Assembly (NCBI RefSeq): GCF_032062105.1
Contig: NW_026933408.1
Span: 372,001-436,000, forward strand
Length of the DNA: 64,000 nt
Reading direction: 5' to 3'
DNA from: Saccostrea cucullata
Taxonomy: Eukaryota
Shown in pieces: positions 26,064 through 37,700 of this stretch (positions within the stretch are counted from its first letter, which is position 1; each line of letters starts with the position of its first letter). The position numbers and the translations under genes are program-made. The notes under the pieces were generated by a model. It did no database searches, was not told where the DNA came from, and was given only the letters and a program-made list of their open reading frames with translations.

Positions 26064-27709
26064 TATTGTACTAGAAAAAGACGTTAATAAATTTTTGTCA
26101 ACAAAGTGTTATGATAAGGGTGACGATTTTAACTTTTCTTACTCCTCCATGGTACCTTATCCTAATTCTGTTGCTTTTAGGGGACATGTTTACTCTGCTT
26201 CCCATTCGTATAGTTTGAGCTTGAATACTCTTCATTATCTCCATATTTCCTTGAACGAATTTCAGACAATTGCTGTTTTTCTGATTTCTCCATTTAAATG
26301 CGACTTGTTGACAAATCTGGATATCACTAACATTACTTGACATCTTCTTGGAATGTTTTGTACTGTAAAATCTTAATAAATGTGTAACGAACAATTTAGT
26401 ATGAACCTTTAAATGCTGATTTATAAACATTCTTAATTTTTTACTTTTTTAATTTAAAACGTTTGTTGTTGAATTTCAATGTGAATGAATACCTATTATG
26501 TTTTCATGATGAAAACTTATTTAATACATCTACTCGCAATGCTAAAATTATATATCAGATCACCTGCATATGTTTTTTTGTGCTAAAAGTATTTAGAATA
26601 CACCTTGATATTTTTGTAAATGAATATATAAATCTTAATGATTTATTAATATAGGTGATAGAGCACACAAATGAACAACATAATGTGCTTCACATACTGC
26701 CAATTTATGACAGTAATTGTCAAAGTGATTCTCATTATAAATACTGCAGAGTTAATCATACAAAAATGAAACAAGATGCTCTTTTGAATAGGACAACTTC
26801 ACATAGTCTATATAAATTATCTGCGAAATGGATGTATTTAAATCTTTTTTAAAAGAATAACGAGATATCAATTTCGATTAGTCTTAAATAATGCAAGCAT
26901 GAATCTCTCAGAAGCTAAATATAATAGGCAGACTCGGTTTTCTTCTTTACATATTATACTCAATTTTGTGTTCATTCTAGTAGGAAAATGCAGATTTTTG
27001 ATCAGGTCATCCTTTTTTTCCTGAGTTGCAAAGAAAACCCAGACTAAAGGTTAACAAGTTTTGTCTTCCTTTGCAGTGCTAGTAATTTAAACTTTATTGA
27101 AGAAGAATTACTAGTAAATATTATTATAATTCTTCATACATGTGTACGTGGAGATGGGATGATACTTACCTTGATTTTTCACCTCGTAACTGGCAAATAA
27201 TTTCTTAATATTCTAACCAGCGTGTTCGATATATTTCAAATGATGTTAATCATTATAAAAGGTCTTAAATCCTGCAAGCATAGTTAGCCTTGTTTTTGAC
27301 TGTAATAATGAAATTGTAAATCTCTCTTCTTTTGTTTGTTGAAGTAAATGTTAAGGTATTATCTCTTAACTTCTCGCCTACGCTGATCAGAACAATGTTG
27401 GATGTCTGTCAAAATTTCAGCCATTCTGATTGTTCTGGTTATTTGAATTCTTGATTATTACTTGCCAATTGTGTTACCTTTATCAAACAAAAATATGAAG
27501 ATGTATTTCTTATTTTTTTTTTCATTTTAAAGAGTAAGGTATGGTTTCAATACAGATCTTGTCCTTTTTTTTTCTAAAAATGAACTTGACGTAAAAAAAA
27601 ATTAAAACGCATGCTTTCTGAGTCTTTGAAATTCCATGAATGAATGTTAAACAAATCATTTTTTTCTCATGACCTTCTCAATGCTAATTGTAATGCCATT
27701 TAATTGTGC

Positions 27710-27885
27710 ACTTATTTCCCGATCATGACAAGGAGCACACGACTGGTCAGCAGGGAATGCTCACTCCTCCATGGCACCTGATCCCACCTCTGATGTTTTG
27801 GAGGTCCTGTTTGCTTTGCTTCTGTTTTGTATTGTTGTATGGTCTTTTGATCTTGAATACTGTTCGTTATCTCCATATGTTTCAT
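27710..27885 (+). mobile_element. Solo Penelope-like 3' tail
   Basis: TTATTTCCCGATCATGACAAGGAGCACACG...CAGGGAATGCTCACTCCTCCATGGCACCTGATCCCACCTCTG, matching 16195-16378. Confidence 0.8.
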
Positions 27886-28787
27886 TATTCTGAAAAACAC
27901 CCAAAATCAGGGGCCAAAAAGAGTCTTAGTTTATCTTTTTGTCCTTTTATTACTATTATTACTGTATTATATTTAAATAGAACATGAAATTGTTAAAAAA
28001 AAAAAAAAACTAAAAAAAAACTTGAAAACATACATTCGATCAGACTGACGGAAAGTCGAACAAGTTATTAAGAGTGAATAATGCTAAATCTGGTGCTCGA
28101 ATCTAGGAGGACCATAATTAGAAACTTTTAGTAAAGTTTATTTCATATATAAATTAATAAAACATTGTACAAATAATATATTATAAAAGATTTACGAACA
28201 AACGAACGTAACATTTACAACTACTGTATAATGTATCTTAAATATATAGAAATGTGATTGGCTATCTTTAAAGTGTACAAATGATAGAGGACACATGATA
28301 TGAATTGATTGAAATGTGAGTCTAATGCATGAACACATACAACTTTATTATTAGAGTAAAGTTATGTAGCTGGGGGCAAATATCTTCAAATGCTATTATT
28401 CTGTTTTCTTGGAGCTCTGAAATTCGTTTTCCACGCTTCTGAAGATTTTACTTGGAATGATATATCTGAATCATCAATCTCTTCTATCTGCTCTATATAT
28501 TGCATTTAGGTTAAAGGGTCAGACATGCACTTCTCTTTGTTTCATAACATTCACCGTGTTTTAAAATGTCTCTTAAACAATACACCTGCTATGCAGGTAT
28601 GCTTCGGCCAATCAGAACGTAGTCCATATCCCGTGAAGGGAGTAACACAGTGCGCTGTAATGAAATGAGTGGATTTCATGTACAATTTTGGTGAATTAAG
28701 TCCATTTTCAAACAAGCCACTAATCAATAAGGAGCCCATCTCATCTTCAGCTTAGTGACAAATGGCTTGCGATCACATAAGATCAAT

Positions 28788-31700
28788 TCAAGGATTAACA
28801 TTTACCCTCTGTCCTGTAACTGGGTCCTGAAACAAGACCGAGCTAAGATCTATTCCTAGCTGACTGTCAGGCACGTTAGACTGTCTAAACTCACTAGCAA
28901 TTCTGGCGTGAATATCTCCAAATCCAGAATTTTGTTGGGTCCCAAATCGTCCAGCTTGAGTTTGCTGTGGAACTCTCGTAAAACCCCCGCCTTGTGGCTG
29001 TTGAGGACCTGCACCAAACGCACCCGGGGTAGATTCTCTGAACCCAGTAAAGAAATCTGTCACCTGTCTCCCGGGGGCGCCTCCTACCTGTCCCCCACTG
29101 TGGTGGTGGTTGTGGGTACCCTGGCCTTCATGGTGGTGGTCATCGTGTCCCGTGTGTGTGTCTGGGATTGGGATTAATTGTCCAGTGGCCCCTGGTCGTG
29201 ATTGATCATGTGTGTGGTCGATGTTAGGGTTTGTAAGGTGTGTCAGAGTATGGGCATCTAACAAAACAAGATTAATAGTTGTAGATGCATAAAGGACTTG
29301 GTTAACTTTATATCCATAACAATTTATTTCCTTGATTAAATTCTGTGTTCTTACCGATTTCACAATGACCATTATGACAAACTTCGGGGGAGACACATGG
29401 GACCTGAAAAATGTACAAGAGTATAATTGATGTGGCCGCAAATAAATTAAGAAATTTATACATCTTTTGTTTTATAGAAATTCAAAAAGATCATTTTTGA
29501 AATGAAACTATAACTCGTTTCAATGTTCTTCGATTAAGAAAGTACTATGCATGTACTAGTATTTGTCTTTAAAAAAGAAGAAAATCAGTTTACTTACAGG
29601 ACAGGTGTTTTGTTTTGTCCCTTCTGAAAATAGAGAAAGCATGATATTTTATGCTAATAAAATTATTTTAAGTTAAGTTTCATGTATTATATGTTATTTT
29701 GTATTTCCCCACTTTGTGCCTCTTTATCTGTAAACCCGTGGGGACCCCCCGGTAACTTTATCCTTTTGAGATAAGAGAACTAGCATCATTATATCTACTG
29801 CTATTGTAAAGACAAGACGGCCAAACATTTGCTGAAATATTTTTTGGATTACTCGAGATTAAAACTTCCTGTGAGAGGTAATATTAATTGACGATTTATT
29901 TCGTATTCTTCTGTGGACATCTTCCTGTGTTGTTGTCGGTGTGGTGAAAACGAAAGTAGATACTCCAATGGCTCCCATTCGCGTAGCGATTATAGGACAT
30001 TCCTTTATTCGGCGGTTGCAGAATTTTATTGCTCATAACACTGAGAATGACAATTTGATACTTTATAGGCATTTATTTGATGTACAGTTTCTTAGTGAAG
30101 GAGGTTTGACTGTCGATCGCATGGTTCACGGACCCAAATTTACGTCATTTGATCCGCCTCCCCAGATCGTTTTTCTACAGATTGGAGGAAATGACCTAGA
30201 TAATACCCATCTAGATGTAGACGCCTTGGTGAGAAAAATCCAGAGTTATGTAAATTACTTGGTTCTGGGATGTGGAGTGCGGCATGTCGTTATCGGCCAA
30301 ATTCTGCGGCGCAACAGGAGGGGTGATTACAACTCCCGGGTCGTCGAGGCTAATTGCTGTCTACAGAACTGGGCCTCCTCTCTAGACAATATCTCGTTTC
30401 ATCATCACCATGGTTTCTGGAAGGACTTATCATTCCTAAGTACAGATGGCGTACACATCAGGTGTTCCCGCACCGACAGCAGCCAGATGAGAAAGTACCT
30501 GCAAAGCGTGAAGAGGGCCGTCTTGCGAGCTTCTCGCACCATTTGGTAATCATGTTCTATTTATACGCATGTGGCAATTAATGTATTGCTTCATGCAAAT
30601 CCATCCCATATAGCAGTAGATAACTATTATATCATTACCGCATTATATCTTACTTGAATTACATGTGGTAATTATTGTATTGCTTCGTGCAAATCCATTC
30701 CATATATAGCAGTAGATAACCATGATGTCATTATATCTTACTTCAATATGCTATATAAACTCAAATTTTCTCTTAGATTTCCATAATTTTAACATTTTTG
30801 GGTCTCGTGCAACAAGTCTTAACTAAATTAATAGGTTTACCAATGGACCAATTATTTGTTACTTACATAGATTAAGATCAATATTAGAATTTCAACTGGG
30901 TAATGTTACCATTTCTTATTCATTTATTAAATACCTGCAGTCTGAATTGATATTTGTTTCTAGGCACAAAGTGTACAGTCTGCTTGGTTAGAGTACCACT
31001 CTTCATAGCATTAGTTCATTGGTAAAACATGCTTTGTTTCTTTAGTTTAGAATTTGTGGTGTCAAAGCTCATAGCTTATTAGTTGGTTTCATTGCTGTTC
31101 CCATTGCATTAGTTGTATGAGATTGGACATCTTTCTATATGTATAAAGGTAGCACTAGATTTTGCTTGGATGACCATTTGTTATTCATACAGTGCTGCCA
31201 TACATTTTAATTATTTATTTATTTATCATGTTTATCACTGGTACCATTTGCACTTGTTTGTATGACCATTTGTCATTCATGGAGTGATGCCACATTTTTT
31301 GTACCAAGTACCATTTGTACTTGGTTTGAATGGCCATTTGTCATTCATTGCTGCTAGCAGGTTTGAACTTGTATAATTTTGACCATTTGTCAAAGTGCAT
31401 TGTACATGTTCTGGTACCATTTGTACCATTGTTTGTTATCATGTGCCATTTGTACATGATGGGATGACCATTTGTCATCTTTTTTCTGCTAGCAGTATTT
31501 CTTTGTGTTGAACTCTGACCACGTGTCAGTTTTCTATTGGCATCACTCACTTGTGCTTGGTATTTTTTGTAAAACATGTATTTCAGTTTGAAATTGAGGG
31601 CTAGAGACACCTACTTTCAATCATATATGACAATATAAGGCTATAGTATGGTCTTCATTTGCAATTAATATAGTCATATAATTTTGTATATACAGAACTT

Positions 31701-34700
31701 TACATTGGTACTGTTAGTTTAACTTAATTTAGAACAAAACTTTTTTATTATATGCCTCAATTTCAGCAATGCCACTCAAGAAAAGGCAAGAGCCTGGTAA
31801 ACTATATAAACTCAAAGTTTCTCTTGGGTTGCTATAACTTTAACAGTTTAGGTCTTGTGCAACTAGTCTGACCTACATTAATAGGTTTACCAATAGATCT
31901 ATTATTTGTTTACTTACATAGATTAAGGTCAATATTAGAATTCTTTTTAAAAACAAGTTTATCATGGGTTGCGACTATCAGTATGTATTTAATTACTAAT
32001 TGTCATTCAAATATAGATATATAGGTTAATGGATACATCTGCCATTTTCAACTGGGTAAATGTTACCATTTCTTATTCATTTATTAAATACCTGCAGTTT
32101 GAATTGATATTTGTTTCTAGGCACAAAGTGTACAGTCTGCTTGGTTAGAGTACCACTCGTCATAGCATTAGTTCATTGGTAAAACATGCACTGTTTCTTT
32201 AATTTGGAATTTGTGGTGTCGTAGCTCATAGCGTATTAGTTGGTTTCAATGCTGTTCCCATTACCTTAGTTATACGAGACTGGACATCTTACTATATATA
32301 TATATATATAGCTAGCACTAGGTTTTGTTTGGATGACCATTTGTTATTCATACAGTGCTGCCATACATTTTAATTATTTATTTATTCATTTATCATGTTT
32401 ATCACTGGTACCATTTGCACTTGTTTGTATGACCATTTGTCATTCATCGAGTGATGCCACATTTTTGTACCATGTACCATTTGTACTTGGTTTGAATGGC
32501 CATTTGTCATTCATTGCTGCTAGCAGGTTTGAACTTGTATAAATTTGACCATTTGTCAAAATGCATTGTACATGTTCTGGTACCATTTGTACCATTGTTT
32601 GTTATCATGTGCCATTTGTACATGATGGGATGACCATTTGTCATCTTTTTTCTGCTAGCAGTATTTCTTTGTGTTGAACTCTGACCACGTGTCAGTTTTC
32701 TATTGGCATCACTCACTTGTGCTTGGTATTTTTTGTAAAACATGTATTTCAGTTTGAAATTGAGGGCTAGAGACACCTACTCTTCAATTATATATGACAA
32801 TATAAGACTATAGTTTGGTCTTCATTTGAAATTACATGTAACATATAATTTTGTATATAGAGAACCTCACATTGGTACCGTTAGTTCAATTTTATTTAGA
32901 ACAAGAACTTTTTATTATATGCCTCCATTTCAGCAATGCCACCCAAGAAAAGGCAAGAGCCAGGGCCTAATGGACAGACTCGTAAAAGACAGCGGAGACA
33001 AAGGTCATCTAGTGACGAATCGTTGCCACAAATCGATTACAATAAACTAGCGGAAGCTATCCTAAAGAAGCAGGGCCGGGTGACCGAGACAGACAATGGG
33101 GAAAGTCCAGTATCTCTTGAGCCCAGTAAAGATGTGGAAACGCCACTACAAGCGCCTTCGGTGAATTGTTTGCCTGACACAGCCAATACAGCAGTGAATA
33201 CAAATAATGTTTTAGGTGCAGCCCAACAATCAAGTTTCCTCCTAACTTTGGATAAAATTTTTGGGGGTGAGTCTATTGTAAGTAGTTCAGTGGATGATAA
33301 CAATGTCACACCACTGCAGTTATCAGGGGGTATACCATTAGGGGCAACTATTCCCTTGCGTGTAAAGCAAAAAATTTGGGCTAATCAGTATATTGACTTA
33401 AGGGTGTTATTGCCTGAACACAAACAAGAAACTGTGTCTGTACAAATTGAAGAAGGATCAATCAAATTGAATGCCAAACAGTCAGAGAAAACCCCATTAT
33501 CCATTTATCAATGGACAAATGCCTTTATAACTTTCATGTCAATTTATATTGAGTCAAATTCACAGTCAGCCTCAAATTTGCTTAAGTACATGTCAACAGT
33601 CCGTCACCTCCATGCATCCAATGGTGAGTCAGCCTGGAGGTTATATGATGAGCAGTTTAGGAAGTTGCGTGAGGTGTCAGACCTGCCTTGGCAACAACCC
33701 CTTAATGAGTTAATCATAAGAGTAACAACAATGTCAAAATCACATAATCAAACATTCCCACGCAACATATCATCAAACAATCGGTCTTTTCGGGGACCAA
33801 TAAGGTTTTGCTACACTTACAACAATAGACAGCAATGTACATCAACAAATTGCCCATACAGACACATATGCTCGGTGTGCAAAGAGACACATCCCCGAAT
33901 TCGGTGTACAAAGCAAAAATCAGACACTCAAAATGCAACCAATTCTCAATCTCAACGTCAATCAGGAAAATCTAAACCTACCAACCCCAGTACAAGCACA
34001 TCATCTTGAGCATTACCTACAAGGTTATGACCCCTTTCTTTCTCATTACTTAGTTCAAGGTTATTCAGCCAAAAATACAGTTCAACAATAGCATCTCATT
34101 GCTTAGTTTTGTACACAAATTCAGGAAAGTAGTGATCTCTGTCAGTCATTTCTTTTTTAAAAATTGCTCAAAGGTGTCCATCACGCATCTGGTACTTCTG
34201 CAGATTTACGCCTGCCTATTACATAGTCAATTTTATTAAAAAATTATAATGCTTTGGATAAGACAGTTCCACGATATGATTTAAGACAACTATTGAAAAC
34301 ATTATTATTACTTGCTTTCCTTGCCTGCTTGCGTTTAGGGGAGTTGATAGTAAAATCTAAGGTTTCTTACAATATTGTGGTTCAGCGTTCTGATTTTCAT
34401 TTTGATGAATCCCGGTCAGATGTCTTTAGACTCAAAAATCTTAGAACTGAACAGACTAGCTCGCCTATAACCATCCAACTAACAGCATTAACTATGCCTC
34501 CTTTTTGTACAGTAGCAAACCTCAAGCCTTATTTAGTACAGTTTCTAAACCAACAGGTTCCCCCTTTTCAGTTTAAATCATCCATGCCAGTGATCTATCA
34601 GTTCGTCACTTCTCACTTAAACACTGCCACATCCTTCATTGGTTTAAATCTAAACTCTATAAGGGTCATAGTTTCTGTATTGGGTCTGCCACAGAAATGG

Positions 34701-37700
34701 CACAAAGGGGGGTTCCTGAGCACACAATTAAAAAGTTAGGTAGGTGGGGGTCCGATGCCTTTAGGCATTACATCCGTATTCAATCATTTCCCCTACAGTA
34801 AATTTTCCTACCCTTTGAGTTGCTCAGCAAAGGTCAGTGGCCAGCAAAATTGTTGCACTGCCCATATTTTTGTGCTTTTTGGACATTAACTTGGTGGCCA
34901 GCATTTTGTTGCACCAGTACTGCTATGCGTATTTTCAGTAATTGACTAATGGTCAGCTTTTTTGGTTGCATTAGTCAAGAAATCCATGGTTAACATATCA
35001 TTACTTGAAGCATGTTGCCCCACTGCCCATATTGGGGGGGCGGGGTGCATTAACTTGGTGGCCAGCATTTTGTTGCACCAAAAATTACATAGCGATTCTT
35101 TCCGCATTCGACTAATAGTCAGCAATTGAGTTGTATTAGTCATGTAATGAATAGTTAAAATACGGTTGCATTGAATTTCATTGTGAAGAATGCATTGTTT
35201 TGACTGTGTTGGACAATCATGTGAATACCAAGATGTACACTTAATTTGCAATTTGGAAATTTTTGGGATTCCTTTTTAGTGTTTATTTGCTTAGGATTGT
35301 TGATAACAATTTTACTTTTAATTGCTCCTCTTAAAAATTTCCCCATTGGGCTGCACCTAGGTTACTCATTTGAATCTTATATACATTGCCAGTATCATGC
35401 TATTGACAATATGTTTTATATTGAATCTAAATTAGTTATTTTGAATAAAACAATGATAATGCATTTTCTGACTATATTTCGGGTGGCGCAAGGAAAGGCT
35501 TGTAGCCTTTCCTTTTTTGGCCATATTTTGGAGGCCACCTATTTTGCCAAATTATATATGTTATGTAATAGTCACATACTGGGAGACTAATTGTTATTGC
35601 ATAATTGTGTTTATAATTTTTCTCAGGAATTGTGTTTTAAGGTTACATTGTCTCCCAGTCTTTTTTATTCAGTTTTATGTATTATGTTATATGTTGTCAT
35701 TTCATAATAAATGACATATTTTTGGAACAAACATGTCTTGCGTTATTTGGCAAAAAACAAGCTCAATGTTGTCAGACTGGTGTTTAATTGAAGGAATGAA
35801 AGCTAAACTTAAATGATATTTTATGCTAATAAAATTATTTTAAGTTAAGTTTCATGTATTATATGTTATTTTGTATTTCCCCACTTTGTGCCTCTTTATC
35901 TGTAAACCCGTGGGGACCCCCCGGTAACTTTATCCTTTTGAGATAAGAGAACTAGCATCATTATATCTACTGCTATTGTAAAGACAAGACGGCCAAACAT
36001 TTGCTGAAATATTTTTTGGATTACCCACCTCCATCCCCAAACAGACTTTAATTGTACACTAGGCCACCTCAAGCTCATATGTCTATGTTTTCATTGTAAA
36101 TAATTCTTTTTATATGTCTATTATATTGTTAGTCACATACTATGTAGGCCAAATAATGGAGTTTTGAGCCAATTCATATGTATAAGGCCATATTTTGGAG
36201 GCCACCTATTTTGCCAAATTATATATGTTATGTAATAGTCACATACTGGGAGACTAATTGTTATTGCATAATTGTGTTTATAATTTTTCTCAGGAATTGT
36301 GTTTTAAGGTTACATTGTCTCCCAGTCTTTTTTATTCAGTTTTATGTATTATGTTATATGTTGTCATTTCATAATAAATGACATATTTTTGGAACAAACA
36401 TGTCTTGCGTTATTTGGCAAAAAACAAGCTCAATGTTGTCAGACTGGTGTTTAATTGAAGGAATGAAAGCTAAACTTAAAATTTGTTATTATTTTGATTT
36501 GAAATAACTCAAATCGGTTCACAAGAAACAGAAATAAGATAGGAAAAAAGCAGTTGTTCAAATTTGGTTTGGTATTGTATTCTCCCTATTACGCAAATGT
36601 TCAAGTACAAATTGTGTGATTTTTCTCCCATGGAAATCAACATGTAAAGGTTTATATAATTCCATACAGGGATTGCAAAGTTATGATCCAGACACACAGA
36701 AAGACAGCTAACTAAACCTGCTTGTTTGTCCTTCCATTTATGGAGTTGGGATCAAGAAATATTTATTTCTGATGGGTAAGGAAAGAAACAAATTAAAAAA
36801 CACAAAACAAATAGATACCTAAGTCACAGTGTCCATCGTGGCAGTAATACCCCGGAGGACAGGGCTCCTGTAAAAACAAAATATTGTATATATTATTAGG
36901 GAAATTCGAGTAATTAAAAAGAGAACCTGAATATTTATTGTTTTACATCATGTACGTTTAATATGTAAAAAAAAAAACTCACTACACAAGGTTTTTCCAC
37001 TTTTGGAGTAGGCACTAAAACAAAGAGGATTGATATTAGTTTTATTTCGTTATCTCAAATTCCATTTCCCCGATACATTAAAATTTATTTGTTTTTCGAT
37101 CAATAAGTGTTTTGTAACAAGGTTTTGACAAAGTTGTGAGGTAATCAATTAAGTTGTGAGGTAATCAATTAAAATCAAAGAAAAGTGATATGAAGTTCAA
37201 CTGACATGAATTATTTATTCATAAAAAAGTAACTAACAAAAGTACAAAAAATGTATTCAAAGATAAAATTGTTGTCAAACAGGAAATCGATAAAATTCAA
37301 AATATTTGTTGCATTCGAAGAAAAAACCAGAGATATTCACATGATAAATATATAATGTATAATTAAAGTTTGCAAGAGTCATTAGTCCATATATTATGAA
37401 TAGAAGGCAGAATAGAGATGAAACATATGGAGAAAACGAACCGTGTTCCAGGTCTTAAGTCCATAAAACAATACAAAATAGGAGCAGAGCAAACACGGAC
37501 CTCCAAAACATCAGAGGTGAGATCAGGTGCCATCGAGGAGTGAGCATCCCCTGCGGACCGGTCATACTCGCCATGTGCTCCTTGTCATGATCGAGAATTA
37601 ACGGAAAAATCGGTTTTCAATTCAGTGTAGTGTAAATAATGGACTAACAATTAGTATGAAAAACGTTAATCAGCATTTGACTCAATAATAATTTGCATTT

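Larger units (their letters stand above)
25140..26200 (+). mobile_element. Penelope-like RT fragment interrupted by two nested MITEs
   Basis: RT motifs MGTKCVPLLTDLFLYSHEAEF, ACTCGACATTTAGATATATCGACGA (FRYIDD) and KCYDKGDDFNFS resume across both insertions. Confidence 0.75.
29641..36479 (+). mobile_element. Non-autonomous Ngaro-type (DIRS order) tyrosine-recombinase retrotransposon with split direct repeats, in a gene B intron
   Basis: A1 29641-29852 = A2 35813-36024 (212 bp); B1 35519-35812 = B2 36186-36479 (294 bp). The order A1-ORFs-B1-A2-B2 is the Ngaro/PAT split-repeat layout. Contains SGNH hydrolase, gag-like ORF, RT stub and YR remnant. Confidence 0.9.

Noticed and set aside
28788-29441. 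217-aa ORF as a single-exon gene
   Set aside because: Its N-terminal part is intron plus an out-of-frame 49-nt exon; only 28788-29257 is the true last exon of gene B.
31341-32776. Two near-identical 89-aa minus-strand ORFs
   Set aside because: By-product of the internal duplication in the Ngaro element; no ATG start and no recognisable domain.
35517-36381. Duplicated 65/67-aa hydrophobic ORFs
   Set aside because: They are the B1 and B2 terminal repeats.
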